Positions 29,284-39,788 of a stretch of 64,000 nucleotides of DNA are shown piece after piece. How positions within the stretch are numbered: position 1 is the stretch's first letter; every line of letters begins with the position of its first letter. The stretch covers positions 1-64,000 of the forward strand of contig CAVSLV010000003.1 of assembly GCA_963728915.1 (NCBI GenBank), read 5' to 3'. The stretch is from an uncultured Gemmatimonadales bacterium. Its GTDB lineage: Bacteria; Gemmatimonadota; Gemmatimonadetes; Gemmatimonadales; GWC2-71-9. Made by a program: the position numbers and the translations under genes. The notes beneath the pieces were generated by a model. It saw only the letters and a program-made list of their open reading frames with translations, was not told where the DNA came from and did not search any database.

Positions 29284-31968
29284 ATGGCATTCTTCCGGCG
29301 GCTCTGGAACCTGGCGCGGGGAGGACGGCTCTCCCGGGAGATCGATCGCGAGCAGGCGTTTCATCTGCGGGAGCGGGTGGACGAGCTGATGGCGCAGGGC
29401 GTGAGCGAGGCCGACGCGTGGACCAGGGCGCGCCGGAGCTTCGGCAACCGCACGGCCCAGAGCGAACGGACCCGCGACGCCGACGTCCTCACCTGGCTCG
29501 ATTCCGCGCTGCGCGACGTGCGCTACGCGATCCGCTCGCTCCGGCATTCTCCCGCCTTCACCGCAGTCGCGGTTGCTTCCCTTGCGCTCGGCATCGGGGC
29601 GAACACGGCGATCTATACCCTGATCGACGCGGTGGTGGTGCGCGCCCTGCCGGTGGAGGCTCCCGAGGAGCTGGTACAAGTCACCACCAGCGACAACCCG
29701 AACAACGAGGGGTACTTCACCAACCCGATCTGGGAACAGGTGCGCGACCGGCAGACGTCCCTTTCCGTTGCCGCGGCATTTGCCGAAACCCGTCTGAACG
29801 CTTCGGATGGCGGAGAGATCCGCGAGGTGCGGGGCGAATACGCGAGCGGCGACTTCTTCTCGCTCTTCAGGATGAGGCCGGCCCTGGGCCGGTTCTTCAC
29901 CAGGACGGACGACGTTCGCGGCTGCGCGCCCATTGCGGTGCTGGGCAACGGCTACTGGCAGAGCGCCTACGGCGGCCGAAGCGACGCGGTGGGCCAGTCC
30001 ATCCGGCTCGAAAGCAAGCTGTTCGAGATCGTAGGCGTGACCGAGATGGGCTTCAACGGGCCTGAGGTCGGCAACCAGCCGCAGGTGTTCCTCCCGCTCT
30101 GCACCGGGGCTCTGATCCGGAACCCCGGCATCCTGGATGCCCGGAGCAGCTGGTGGCTGCGGATCGCGGGGCGGCGACGCCCGGCCACAAGCCTCGATCA
30201 GGTGCGCGCCGAGCTCGGGGCGCTCGCCCCGTCGGTGTACCGCGCCACGATCCCGCCCCGTTGGGCCGAGGACCAGAAGCTCGAATACCAGGGCCGGGGG
30301 CTGAGTGCCCGCACGCTGGAGCACGGGGTGTCGGAGGTACGGACGGCGTACCAGAAGGCGCTGCTCATCATGATGGGGGCGGTGGGCCTGGTGCTCCTGA
30401 TCGCCTGTGCCAACGTGGCCAATCTCCTGCTGGCCCGCGCCACGGCTCGTCGCCACGAGGTGGCCCTGCGGCTCGCGATCGGGGCGGGCCGCCCCCGGCT
30501 GGTGCGGCAGCTCCTCACCGAGAGCGCGCTGCTGGCGTTTCTGGGCGGGTTAGGCGGCCTGCTGCTGGCGCACTGGGGCACCGGGGCGCTGGTGGCGCTC
30601 ATTTCGACCGAGGAGCAGCCGGTCTTTCTCGACCTGTCCCTGAATCTGCGAGTGCTCGGGTTCACCGCGCTGGCGGCGAGCCTGACCACCATGCTGTTCG
30701 GTCTGATCCCCGCGTGGCGAGGGACCCGGGTCAGCCCCCAGGCGGCCATGAAGGCGAACGCCCGTGGTGTCGCGGAAGGGCACCGGCGCTTTAAACTGGG
30801 GAAGTCGCTCGTGGTGATCCAGATGGCGCTGTCGCTGACCCTGGTGGTGGGGGCCGGGTTGCTGGTCGGATCGCTGCGGAACCTGGCGAGCATGGATCCG
30901 GGCTTCCAGGCCAGCGGGGTCCTCCTGGCCTCGGTCGACCTCCGGCGCACCGGGCTGACTCCCGAGCAATACGGGGAGACGCACCAGCGCATGCTGGACC
31001 GGCTCCGGGTTATGCCCGGCGTCATCGCAGCAGCCAGCTCCGAGGTGACCCCGATCGGACGCTCCGCCTGGAACGATGCGTTGTACGTGGACGGCTTCGC
31101 CGCCGCGAACGAGGAGGACCGAGTCTCCTGGTTCAACGAAGTGAGCGAGGGCTATTTTGCGACGATGGGGACCCGGCTGCTCGCGGGACGCGACTTCGAT
31201 CGGACCGATCGGAAGGGCAGCCAGCGGAGCGCGATCATGAGCTCATCGGCCGCGACGCACTATTTCGGCGCCGCTTCCCCACTGGGCCGTGCCTTCAGGG
31301 TAAGCCAAGGCGACACCTTCAGCGATCCCTACACGGTGGTCGGCGTGGTGGAGGACGCCAAGTATGCCGACCTCCGGGAAAGCGACGTCCGGACCATCTA
31401 CCTGCCCAACGCGCAGGACCAGAATCCCGGGCCGACCCGCAACATTGAAATCCGGACAGCCGGGAGCCCGGCCGGCATGGCACGGGCCGCGGCACTCACC
31501 ATCGCGGAGGTGAACCGCGCGGCGAGTTTCTCCTTCGTCACCCTCGAATCGCAGATCGCGCGGGCGCTCCAGCGGGAGCGGGTGCTGGCAATCCTGTCCA
31601 CCCTGTTCGGGGGTGCCGCGCTCGCGCTTTCCCTGCTCGGTCTCTATGGGGTGGTGAGCTACACGGTGGCACGGCGGCGTAACGAAATCGGAGTGCGGAT
31701 CGCGCTGGGCGCGGATCCCCGCCGGGTGCTCGGGATGGTGCTCGGGGATGTGGCCCGGATGGTGGTGATCGGCGTACTGCTCGGCGCGGCGGGGGCACTG
31801 GCCGCCGGTCGTCTGGTGCAAGGCTATCTGTTCGGCCTGCAACCCACGGATCCGATGGTCACCTTGCTGGCGGCGGCACTGCTCGCCCTGGTCGCGCTGG
31901 TGGCGGGCCTGCTGCCGGCGTGGAGGGCCGCGCGAGTCGATCCGGTCGCCGCGTTACGGGAGGAATAG
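29284..31968 (+). CDS. ABC transporter permease (ADOP family)
   Basis: Permease-prefix N-terminus; LGIGANTAI; LLIACANVANLLL. Confidence 0.93.
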   Translation: MAFFRRLWNLARGGRLSREIDREQAFHLRERVDELMAQGVSEADAWTRARRSFGNRTAQSERTRDADVLTWLDSALRDVRYAIRSLRHSPAFTAVAVASLALGIGANTAIYTLIDAVVVRALPVEAPEELVQVTTSDNPNNEGYFTNPIWEQVRDRQTSLSVAAAFAETRLNASDGGEIREVRGEYASGDFFSLFRMRPALGRFFTRTDDVRGCAPIAVLGNGYWQSAYGGRSDAVGQSIRLESKLFEIVGVTEMGFNGPEVGNQPQVFLPLCTGALIRNPGILDARSSWWLRIAGRRRPATSLDQVRAELGALAPSVYRATIPPRWAEDQKLEYQGRGLSARTLEHGVSEVRTAYQKALLIMMGAVGLVLLIACANVANLLLARATARRHEVALRLAIGAGRPRLVRQLLTESALLAFLGGLGGLLLAHWGTGALVALISTEEQPVFLDLSLNLRVLGFTALAASLTTMLFGLIPAWRGTRVSPQAAMKANARGVAEGHRRFKLGKSLVVIQMALSLTLVVGAGLLVGSLRNLASMDPGFQASGVLLASVDLRRTGLTPEQYGETHQRMLDRLRVMPGVIAAASSEVTPIGRSAWNDALYVDGFAAANEEDRVSWFNEVSEGYFATMGTRLLAGRDFDRTDRKGSQRSAIMSSSAATHYFGAASPLGRAFRVSQGDTFSDPYTVVGVVEDAKYADLRESDVRTIYLPNAQDQNPGPTRNIEIRTAGSPAGMARAAALTIAEVNRAASFSFVTLESQIARALQRERVLAILSTLFGGAALALSLLGLYGVVSYTVARRRNEIGVRIALGADPRRVLGMVLGDVARMVVIGVLLGAAGALAAGRLVQGYLFGLQPTDPMVTLLAAALLALVALVAGLLPAWRAARVDPVAALREE

Positions 31969-32051
31969 GACGGGCTGCTCTTTCCTCTCTCACCTTTCGT
32001 CACCATGTTTCCCCTGCCCGAGGCCCGGCGTTTCTCCTCGCGGGGGTTCAC

Positions 32052-32957
32052 ATGCATCGCTCTGGCTGGATCTGGTGCGCGCTCCTCTGTGCCGGCTGCG
32101 CCTCCTCTTCCCGGACTGCGGAGCCAACGCTCTGGCAGGTCTATGAGAGGTCGCTGAAGAGCGCCAAGTACGTCGACCTCACCCACACCATTACGCCATC
32201 GATTCCGGTCTGGGCCGGATTCGGCGCCTCCAGGTTCGGGCCGACGGTGGATCCCAAGACCGGGACCCCCTACACCTGGGCCAAGGATGGATTCGAAGCC
32301 ACCCGCTACGAGCTGGCGACCGATCAGCTCGGCACCCAGCTCGATCCTCCGGCCCACTGGAATCCGAGCTATCCCGCGATCGACGAGCTGCCGGCGAGCT
32401 TCGCGGTCCGCCCCCTGGTCGTCATTTCGATCGTGGATCAGGTCGCGAGGAACCCCGGCTATCACCTTTCGGTTGACGACATCCGGAGCTGGGAAGCGGC
32501 GCACGGGCGGATTCCCGAGGGATCGGTGGTCTTCGTCCGTTCGGACTGGTCGAGGGATTGGCCCGATCCCGCGCTTTCGACCCGGCGGCCTTTCCCCGGC
32601 GTCACCCTGGCGGCGCTCAAGTTCCTGCACCAGGAGCGTCACATCCTGTTTCATGGCCATGAGCCCCTCGATACCGATACCACCGCCGCGCTCGAAGGGG
32701 AGGCCTGGCTGCTCATGAACGGCTACACCCAGGCGGAGGGCGTCGCCCACCTGGACCAGGTTCCCGAGGCCGGAGCGCTGGTGGAGATGGGGTTTCCCAA
32801 ATTTGCGGGCGGGGTGGGAGGCTACGCCCGCTTCATCGCCATCTGTCCGCCCGACTGGAAATACGGGGTGTCGGTCGGGGAAGTCCCGGAGAGTCCTCTG
32901 GTCAAGGCATCGTCGCCGCTGCATTGGGACCCCGGGCTGGGCGAGCGGGTCAGGTAG
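32052..32957 (+). CDS. Cyclase family (kynurenine formamidase-like) lipoprotein
   Basis: DLTH; GTQLDPPAHW; HEPLDTD. Confidence 0.85.
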   Translation: MHRSGWIWCALLCAGCASSSRTAEPTLWQVYERSLKSAKYVDLTHTITPSIPVWAGFGASRFGPTVDPKTGTPYTWAKDGFEATRYELATDQLGTQLDPPAHWNPSYPAIDELPASFAVRPLVVISIVDQVARNPGYHLSVDDIRSWEAAHGRIPEGSVVFVRSDWSRDWPDPALSTRRPFPGVTLAALKFLHQERHILFHGHEPLDTDTTAALEGEAWLLMNGYTQAEGVAHLDQVPEAGALVEMGFPKFAGGVGGYARFIAICPPDWKYGVSVGEVPESPLVKASSPLHWDPGLGERVR

Positions 32958-32966
32958 CATGGGGCC

Positions 32967-33209
32967 ATGAACGACTGGATCGAAATTGCCTCTTACGGCA
33001 CCGGCGTCGAGGCGGACTGGGCGGTCGCGACGCTCGAAGCTGCCGGCGTTCCGGCTCGGCTCAAAGGTGAGCGCGCCGGCGTCTTCGGCGTCACCTTCCA
33101 GGGCGCGCTGGCCCAGGGACTGATCCTGCTGGTACGTTCCGAAGATGCGGAGGAAGCCCGCGAGCTCCTGGGGCTCGATCAGGGCGAGGAGGAACCGAAC
33201 GGGAAGTGA
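32967..33209 (+). CDS. DUF2007-like putative signal-transducing protein
   Basis: EA....LEAAGVP...V..EDAEEARELL. Confidence 0.7.
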   Translation: MNDWIEIASYGTGVEADWAVATLEAAGVPARLKGERAGVFGVTFQGALAQGLILLVRSEDAEEARELLGLDQGEEEPNGK

Positions 33210-33224
33210 AGGGAGGAGATCCCC

Positions 33225-33869
33225 ATGTTCGTAGGACACTACAGCGTCAGCTTTGCAGGAAAGCGATTTGCCCCGGCGGTCTCGCTCTTCACGCTGTTTC
33301 TCGCGGTGCAGCTGCTCGACGTCGTCTGGTCGGTGCTGGTGATTCTCGGAGTCGAGAAGGTCAGAATCGTGCCCGGGATCACCGCGACCAATCCGCTCGA
33401 CCTATACTACATGCCGTATTCGCACAGCCTGGTGGCCGCGCTGCTCTGGTCGCTCGCGGCGTACTTCGCCTATCGCGCCTTCCGGGATGCCAGCTCCGCG
33501 TTTGTGGTGGGGGTCGCGGTATTCTCCCACTGGGTACTCGACCTGATCGTGCACCGCCCTGACTTGCCGCTGTACGGCGACCAGGCGAAGGTCGGCCTGG
33601 GATTCTGGAACTATCCGGTTCCGGCGCTGCTGCTCGAGGTGGGGCTGTTATTCGCGGGCCTCCTGCTCTATCTCCGAGTCCGCCCCGGTCGCGCGCTGGC
33701 GTTCGTGATCCTCGGACTGGTCATGGCCGGCATCCAGGTGTTCCTGTTCTTCGGTTCACCGCCCGATTCGCCCCGTGGCGCGGCGGTGACCGCCTTGATC
33801 GCGTATTTTCTTTTTGCGGGTATCGCCGGGCTGCTGGACCGGACGTCACGGGCTCCGCGCCGCGCATAA
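33225..33869 (+). CDS. Membrane metal-dependent hydrolase-like protein
   Basis: MFVGH, PYSHSL, SHWVLDLIVH. Confidence 0.8.
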   Translation: MFVGHYSVSFAGKRFAPAVSLFTLFLAVQLLDVVWSVLVILGVEKVRIVPGITATNPLDLYYMPYSHSLVAALLWSLAAYFAYRAFRDASSAFVVGVAVFSHWVLDLIVHRPDLPLYGDQAKVGLGFWNYPVPALLLEVGLLFAGLLLYLRVRPGRALAFVILGLVMAGIQVFLFFGSPPDSPRGAAVTALIAYFLFAGIAGLLDRTSRAPRRA

Positions 33870-34037
33870 CCCGCACACCGAGCGCCGTCGTGACTCGTTC
33901 CGGGGGTGTCCTGTCGATGCGCCTGTCCTCTCCACCCACCCGGACCCTGCTGGTGGGCGGGGTCATGGGCCAGGGCGAGCAGCATCGGGCGCGGTGGATT
34001 CGGCAGCTCGTCCGGCTGAAGCTGGTCCGGGTATCCG

Positions 34038-34256
34038 ATGCGCCGCTTTGACGCGAAGGCGCTGTACGAGGCGCTCGAACAGGACCGACAGGAGCGAGGC
34101 TGGAGCTGGCAGCAAATGGCCCGGGCCATCGGCGTCAGCGCCGCGACCATGACCCGGATGCGCGACGGTGGCCGGCTTGAGGTGGACGGGATGCTGGCGA
34201 TGGTCGGCTGGCTCGGTGTTCCGGTCGAGCAGTTCGTCCGGGAACGAGCGGTCTGA
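34038..34256 (+). CDS. XRE-like HTH protein
   Basis: SWQQMARAIGVSAATMTRM. Confidence 0.75.
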   Translation: MRRFDAKALYEALEQDRQERGWSWQQMARAIGVSAATMTRMRDGGRLEVDGMLAMVGWLGVPVEQFVRERAV

Positions 34257-34258
34257 AG

Positions 34259-34699
34259 ATGGCGGCATGCCCCGAGTGCGGGGCGAGATACGCCGATCCC
34301 CACCAGAGCTGCACCGCACGGTTCGAGGTCCTGCTCGCGCTGGACCACTCTCGTCGAGAGCCGTGGGGGAGCCGGCACGGGCAAGCCTTCGCGGCGTTCG
34401 CACTTCAGCACCCCAGCCGCTATCCCCGGTCACTCGATCAGGCCTGGACCGCCCTCTACCGGATTTACGTGGAAGGCGAGTCCGCACGCCGGGTGTTCGA
34501 GAGCCTCCGCGGGCGAGCCTCGATACCGGCTAGCACGGTCCCGGTGCGTCCGGAGCATCCACGCGCCTGGCCACTGGTCACGATCGCCACCCTCGGCGAT
34601 TTCGCGGCGGAAACCTATCCGGGAGGGCTCGATCGATGGTGCAGGGCCACCCTCCAGGCGTGGTCCGTCACGAACGTCGTTGTTGGAGGGGAGACATGA
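34259..34699 (+). CDS. DUF5946-like protein
   Basis: CPECG...ALQHP. Confidence 0.65.
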   Translation: MAACPECGARYADPHQSCTARFEVLLALDHSRREPWGSRHGQAFAAFALQHPSRYPRSLDQAWTALYRIYVEGESARRVFESLRGRASIPASTVPVRPEHPRAWPLVTIATLGDFAAETYPGGLDRWCRATLQAWSVTNVVVGGET

Positions 34700-34735
34700 T
34701 TTGCCTTCCCTCGGAACCCGGGTGATCTTGCCAGC

Positions 34736-35440
34736 ATGGCGGAGCGCCGATACAACGACAAGGAAATCGCCGCGATTTTCCGCTCGGCAGCGGAAGGGCC
34801 TTCCGCTCCGGCCGCGGACGTTCCCCGGGACGAAGGCCTGACGCTCGCCGAGCTTCAGACCATCGGCCGGGAGGTGGGGATTCCCGCCGAGTCGGTGGCC
34901 CGGGCTGCCCAGGCGCTGGAGCTCCGCCGGGGTCCCGATCGTCGCACCATCTTCGGGCTTCCGCTCGGGGTCTCCCGCACCGTCAATCTGAGCCGCCGCC
35001 TGAGCGACGAAGAATGGGAGCGGCTGGTGGTCCAGCTCCGCGAGGTCTTCAACGCCCGGGGAACCATGCGGGCGGACGGATCGCTGCGGCAGTGGACCAA
35101 CGGCAATCTTCAGGTCCTTCTCGAACCGACTGACCAGGGTCACCAGCTCCGGTTTCGCACCGTACACGGAGCCGCCCGATCGATGATCGGGGCGGGGGTG
35201 ATGGCCCTGGGAGTCGCTGTAGTGACCGCGCTGGGAACCGCGATCAACGGGCATTTCCTGAACGCGATGCCAGGCTTGCTGTTTCTTTCCGCCGCGGGGC
35301 TCAGCATGATCGGGCTCGGCGCCTTCCGGCTCCCCCGCTGGGCCCGGCTCCGGGAACGCCAGATGGAAGCGCTGGCCGCCCGGGTGGCGACGGAATCCGG
35401 CGCGCATCCGAGCAGCCTCCCACCGGGCCGGGCCTCCTAA
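34736..35440 (+). CDS. Hypothetical membrane protein
   Basis: GLTLAELQTIGREVGI; two TM segments. Confidence 0.75.
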   Translation: MAERRYNDKEIAAIFRSAAEGPSAPAADVPRDEGLTLAELQTIGREVGIPAESVARAAQALELRRGPDRRTIFGLPLGVSRTVNLSRRLSDEEWERLVVQLREVFNARGTMRADGSLRQWTNGNLQVLLEPTDQGHQLRFRTVHGAARSMIGAGVMALGVAVVTALGTAINGHFLNAMPGLLFLSAAGLSMIGLGAFRLPRWARLRERQMEALAARVATESGAHPSSLPPGRAS

Positions 35441-35450
35441 CCCGCGCCCC

Positions 35451-36107
35451 ATGGCCAGCGTCCGGGTGCATTGCTTCGCGGTGTCCCTGGATGGCTTCGG
35501 GGCCGGGCCGGACCAGGATCTCGAGCATCCGCTGGGGGTGGGTGGCCCGGCGCTGCACGAATGGGTCTTCGGCACCCGGAGCTTCGCGCGGATGCATGGC
35601 CAGGAAGGCGGCCGAACCGGGGTGGACGACGAATTCGTGGCGCGGGGATTCGAGGGCATCGGGGCCTGGATCATGGGTCGCAACATGTTCGGCCCGATCC
35701 GGGGCGCGTGGCCCGATGATCGGTGGAGGGGATGGTGGGGCGAGCATCCTCCCTATCACACCCCGGTCTTCGTTCTGACCCATCATCCTCGCGAGCCGCT
35801 CGCCATGGCGGGAGACACGGTTTTTCATTTCGTGACGGGAGGCCTCGAAGAAGCGCTCGCCCGGGCGACCGAGGCCGCTGGACCGGACGACATCAGACTG
35901 GGCGGCGGGGTCTCCACCGTGCGAGCGTTCCTGGAGGCGGGCCTCGTCGACGAGATGCACCTCGCGATCGCCCCGGTCCTGCTCGGGTCGGGAGAATCGC
36001 TGCTGGGCGGCCTCGATCTGCCCCGGCGAGGCTATCGGTGCGTCCGGCACCAGCCGAGCGGGACCGTCACCCACATCGTCATCGCGAAGCCATCCGGCTC
36101 ACCATGA
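35451..36107 (+). CDS. Dihydrofolate reductase-like (RibD C-terminal) protein
   Basis: SLDGFGAGP, MGRNMF, GGGVST. Confidence 0.88.
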   Translation: MASVRVHCFAVSLDGFGAGPDQDLEHPLGVGGPALHEWVFGTRSFARMHGQEGGRTGVDDEFVARGFEGIGAWIMGRNMFGPIRGAWPDDRWRGWWGEHPPYHTPVFVLTHHPREPLAMAGDTVFHFVTGGLEEALARATEAAGPDDIRLGGGVSTVRAFLEAGLVDEMHLAIAPVLLGSGESLLGGLDLPRRGYRCVRHQPSGTVTHIVIAKPSGSP

Positions 36108-36484
36108 ACGTTCTTCTGGTCGGCGCGGGCGGATTCGCGGGCTCGGTCCTGCGATACTGGCTCAGCAACCTGGCGCAGGAGCGGGTCCCTCGGAGCTCCT
36201 TCCCGGTCGGTACCCTTCTGGTCAACGTGCTCGGCTGTTTCGCGATCGGGTTGCTGGCGCAGCTGGTGGAAGACCGGGGGTTTCTGCGTCCCGAAACTCG
36301 CGCGCTCCTCATCGTGGGTTTCCTGGGAGGGTTCACGACGATGTCGACCTTCGCCAACGAAACGATGAGCGCGATCAAGGACGGGGCGGTGTGGGTCTCT
36401 CTCGCGAACATCGCGATGACCCTGGTACTGTGTCTCGGCGCCGTCTGGGGCGGCCGCAGTGTCGCCCAGCTCATCTGGAGGTAG
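36104..36484 (+). CDS. crcB: Fluoride efflux channel FluC
   Basis: GGFAGSVLRY, FPVGTL.VN, GFLGGFTT.STF. Confidence 0.93.
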   Translation: MNVLLVGAGGFAGSVLRYWLSNLAQERVPRSSFPVGTLLVNVLGCFAIGLLAQLVEDRGFLRPETRALLIVGFLGGFTTMSTFANETMSAIKDGAVWVSLANIAMTLVLCLGAVWGGRSVAQLIWR

Positions 36485-36490
36485 CTCACC

Positions 36491-36829
36491 ATGACCCTCG
36501 CCCAGAACGGCTGTCTGCTCCGGATCTTTCTAGGCGAAGCCGACAAACACGACGGCAAACCGATGTATGAATGGCTGGTCCTTCAGGCGCGGGAGCAGGG
36601 CCTGGCCGGGGCGACGGTGCTGCGGGGCATGATGGGCTACGGCGCCCACAGCCGGCTTCACACCTTCCGGATCGAGCGCCTCTCGCTCGATCTCCCGATC
36701 ATCGTGGAGATCGTGGACGCGCCCGACAAGATCGAAGCCTTTCTCGCGCAGATCGATCCGGTGGTCCACGAGGGCCTGGCCACGATCGAAAAGGCGGACG
36801 TGCGGTTCTACCGGGCCAGGCCGGGTTAG
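36491..36829 (+). CDS. DUF190 (PII-like) protein
   Basis: LRIFLGE, GATVLRG..GYG, DLPIIVEIVD. Confidence 0.9.
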   Translation: MTLAQNGCLLRIFLGEADKHDGKPMYEWLVLQAREQGLAGATVLRGMMGYGAHSRLHTFRIERLSLDLPIIVEIVDAPDKIEAFLAQIDPVVHEGLATIEKADVRFYRARPG

Positions 36830-36905
36830 GTCCCCAACCTCCGCAGCGTCAGGGCCGTCGCACCGGAACGCTGAAGGCTGCCGTGGGGTCGAAAGGAAGC
36901 TGAGC

Positions 36906-37142
36906 ATGGCGCGACGCCTTCAGGTTTACGAAACACCCGGGATCACCGTCACCTTCGAGCCGGAGCTCTGCCGGCATTCGGGGGTCTGTGTCCGAGGCCT
37001 CCCCGCGGTGTTCGATGTTCGTCGCCGCCGATGGGTGGCGCCCGAGGCCGCCCCGGCCGATGATGTGGAAACCCAGGTGCGTCGGTGTCCGTCGCGCGCC
37101 CTGAAGAGCTATCGCCCAGGAGAACCGCATCCCGATGCCTGA
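36906..37142 (+). CDS. Divergent 4Fe-4S mono-cluster protein
   Basis: CRHSGVC...PAVF...CPSRAL. Confidence 0.82.
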   Translation: MARRLQVYETPGITVTFEPELCRHSGVCVRGLPAVFDVRRRRWVAPEAAPADDVETQVRRCPSRALKSYRPGEPHPDA

Positions 37143-37665
37143 CACGGCCGACTCCCTCACCCCGGTCCGGGCCGTCGGCCGGTTCGGCCTCCTCGGGATC
37201 GTGCTCGGTACGATCGGCTGCGATCACGCCACCAAGTACGTGGCCACCACCACCCTGATGGGGACCCCGAGCCGATCCTACCTCGGGAACCTGCTCCGGA
37301 TCGGGTACGCGGAGAACACCGGCGGCTTTCTCAGTGTCGGGGCCAGTCTTCCGCCGGCAACCCGCACCATCGTTTTTACGGCGATGACCGGGCTGATCCT
37401 GCTCGGTCTCGCCATCGCGACGTTCCGGGCCAGGCTCGACCACTGGACCGCCCTGGGGCTGTCGCTGTTCGTCGCCGGCGGCGTCTCCAACTGGATCGAC
37501 CGGCTGGTGCGCGGCACCGTGGTGGACTTCCTGAACCTCGGTATCGGGACCATGCGCACCGGGATCTTCAACGTGGCGGATATCGCGATCATGATGGGCG
37601 CCGGGTTTCTGGTCTATGGCGAGCTCCGGAAGATCGCGGAGCGGAGGGTCGAGGCGCCGGGGTGA
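37135..37665 (+). CDS. lspA: Lipoprotein signal peptidase II
   Basis: NTGGF, SNWIDR, VVDF, FNVAD. Confidence 0.88.
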   Translation: MPDTADSLTPVRAVGRFGLLGIVLGTIGCDHATKYVATTTLMGTPSRSYLGNLLRIGYAENTGGFLSVGASLPPATRTIVFTAMTGLILLGLAIATFRARLDHWTALGLSLFVAGGVSNWIDRLVRGTVVDFLNLGIGTMRTGIFNVADIAIMMGAGFLVYGELRKIAERRVEAPG

Positions 37666-38189
37666 AGTTCGATCTGCGCCTGGGTACCGCGATCCTGCGC
37701 CGGACGCCGGCGGTGCTGGATCAGCAGCTTCGCGGTCTTCCGGTCGAATGGCTCCAGGTGACCGAAGGGTCCGAGACCTGGAGCCCCTTCGATGTGGTCG
37801 GCCATCTGATCCACGGGGAACGCACCGACTGGATTCCCCGGGTGGAACACCTGCTCCGGCACGGAGAGGCCGTCCCGTTCCCGGTCTTCGACCGGTTCGC
37901 TCAGTTCGAAGCTTCGAAAGGCAAGGACCTGTCCGAGCTGCTCGAAACGTTCCGGGATCTCCGGGCGCAGAATCTTCAGCGGCTCGAAGGGTTTGCGCTC
38001 ACGCCGAGCGATCTCGACCGGCCGGGATTGCATCCGGAATTGGGCCGGGTGACCCTGGGGCAGCATCTTGCGACCTGGGTCGCGCACGACCTCGACCATC
38101 TCATGCAGATTTCGCGGGTGATGGCGCGGCAATACACCGAAGCGGTCGGCCCGTGGCGTCTGTATCTGCGAATCGTTCGCGACTTCTAG
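37662..38189 (+). CDS. DinB family protein
   Basis: WS..DVVGHL; AHDLDH. Confidence 0.85.
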   Translation: MKFDLRLGTAILRRTPAVLDQQLRGLPVEWLQVTEGSETWSPFDVVGHLIHGERTDWIPRVEHLLRHGEAVPFPVFDRFAQFEASKGKDLSELLETFRDLRAQNLQRLEGFALTPSDLDRPGLHPELGRVTLGQHLATWVAHDLDHLMQISRVMARQYTEAVGPWRLYLRIVRDF

Positions 38190-38288
38190 AAGGCTCTCCC
38201 CCCTCCACTCCACGAGCAGTATTTTGAGGGCGATGCGAACGTTCGCCCTGGTCTCTGGTCTTCTCGGCATTCCTGCGCTGGTGAACGC

Positions 38289-38819
38289 TTGGAAACCGTA
38301 GAGGCAGTCACGATCGGTGCGCTCCAGACCCCGTCAACCGAGGCCGAGGTCCGCGGCCTCGCCGAGCTGCTGGCCGAGACCGTTAATGCGGGCTCCGCGG
38401 TGAGTTTCCTTCCTCCCCTCACGTTGGAAGAAGCGGAACGATGGTGGCGGGACTCGCTCCCGAAGCACTCCAGCCGCGCTATCATCCTGGTGGCCAGAAG
38501 CGGGGCCACGATCGCCGGGACGGTACAAGTGCAGCCCGCCTGGGCGCCGAATCAGCCGCACCGGGGGGAGATCGTGAAACTGATGGTCGGCTCGAAACAT
38601 CGGGGGAGCGGGCTCGGCGCCAGGCTGATGCAAGCCATCGAGCAGGCCGCGCGCGAGGCCGGATACGGGCTCCTGACCCTCGACACCAAGCGGGGCGATG
38701 GCGCCGAGCGCCTCTATAGAACCCTGGGGTGGACCGAAGCGGGGATCATCCCGCGCTACGCACTGAACCCGGACGGCACCAGGCACGATACCGTCCTCTT
38801 CTACAAAGAGCTCGGGTGA
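38289..38819 (+). CDS. GNAT N-acetyltransferase
   Basis: PNQPHRGEIVKL; RGSGLG; LLTLDT. Confidence 0.88.
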   Translation: METVEAVTIGALQTPSTEAEVRGLAELLAETVNAGSAVSFLPPLTLEEAERWWRDSLPKHSSRAIILVARSGATIAGTVQVQPAWAPNQPHRGEIVKLMVGSKHRGSGLGARLMQAIEQAAREAGYGLLTLDTKRGDGAERLYRTLGWTEAGIIPRYALNPDGTRHDTVLFYKELG

Positions 38820-38823
38820 GCCG

Positions 38824-39327
38824 GTGAAACACCTCTTCGTGATGGTCCGCGCGGTGACCTATTCCACCCTGTTCGTCGGGTTCTTCCTGGTCTTCTTCCC
38901 CGGGCAGATCGCGAACCAGTTCGGCGTGGTCCGGCCTTCCGACTGGGCCGGACTCGAATTCCTCGGGGCCGGTCTGGTCGTGGCGGGCGCGGCCCTGGCG
39001 CTCTGGTGCATTCTGACTTTCCTGTTCGTGGGCCGGGGCACGCCTGCGCCATTCGACCCGCCCCGGCGCCTGGTCCTCCGGGGGCCGTACCGCTTCGTCA
39101 GGAATCCCATGTACCTCGGAGCGTTTCTGGCGCTCGTCGGCGCCGCGGTCCTCTATCGCTCAGGCTGGCTCGGCCTCTACGCGGCCGCGTTCCTCCTGGC
39201 GACCCACCTGTTCGTGCTCGGCTACGAGGAACCAGCCCTGAGTCGCACCTTCGGCCAGGAGTACACCGCCTACCGCGCTCTGGTCGGCCGCTGGCTTCCG
39301 CGATTCTCCCCTGGATCTCCGCGATGA
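38824..39327 (+). CDS. Isoprenylcysteine carboxylmethyltransferase family protein
   Basis: GPYRFVRNPMY; EEPAL..FG..Y. Confidence 0.88.
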   Translation: MKHLFVMVRAVTYSTLFVGFFLVFFPGQIANQFGVVRPSDWAGLEFLGAGLVVAGAALALWCILTFLFVGRGTPAPFDPPRRLVLRGPYRFVRNPMYLGAFLALVGAAVLYRSGWLGLYAAAFLLATHLFVLGYEEPALSRTFGQEYTAYRALVGRWLPRFSPGSPR

Positions 39328-39788
39328 AGCACGCGACCCCGGAGGCTCAGCTCCGCGGTTTCATTGCCAAGTTCGCGCCCGCACACCAGCGGCTCATCCG
39401 GGCAGTGCGCACGGCTCTGCGACACAGGTTCCCCACGGCGACCGAGCTGGTGTACGACAACTACAATTTCTTCGTGATCGGGTATTCGCCCACCGAGCGG
39501 CCTTCCGACAGTGTCGTTTCCATTGCGGCAGGGGCGAATGGGGTCGGCGTGTGTTTCATCCGGGGCAAGGGACTCCCCGACCCTGAAGGCCTGCTCCAGG
39601 GCTCCGGGAATCAAACTCGATTTCTCAGGGTTCCCAGCGCTCTGGTGCTGAAGCGTCCGGCGGTCAAGGCGCTGCTCGCGGCGGCGACCGCGAAAAGCAA
39701 AGCGCCGTTCCCCGGAACGGGGCGCGGCGCCCTCATCATTCGATCGGTTTCGGCGAAGCAGCGTCCCCGCCGGAAGGCCGGCACCTAG
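39324..39788 (+). CDS. DUF1801-like protein
   Basis: ELVYDNYN; LPDPEGLLQGSG. Confidence 0.75.
   Translation: MKHATPEAQLRGFIAKFAPAHQRLIRAVRTALRHRFPTATELVYDNYNFFVIGYSPTERPSDSVVSIAAGANGVGVCFIRGKGLPDPEGLLQGSGNQTRFLRVPSALVLKRPAVKALLAAATAKSKAPFPGTGRGALIIRSVSAKQRPRRKAGT

Noticed and set aside
36040..36104. Fluoride riboswitch before crcB
   Set aside because: crcB overlaps the upstream stop codon; there is no leader and no recognisable motif.
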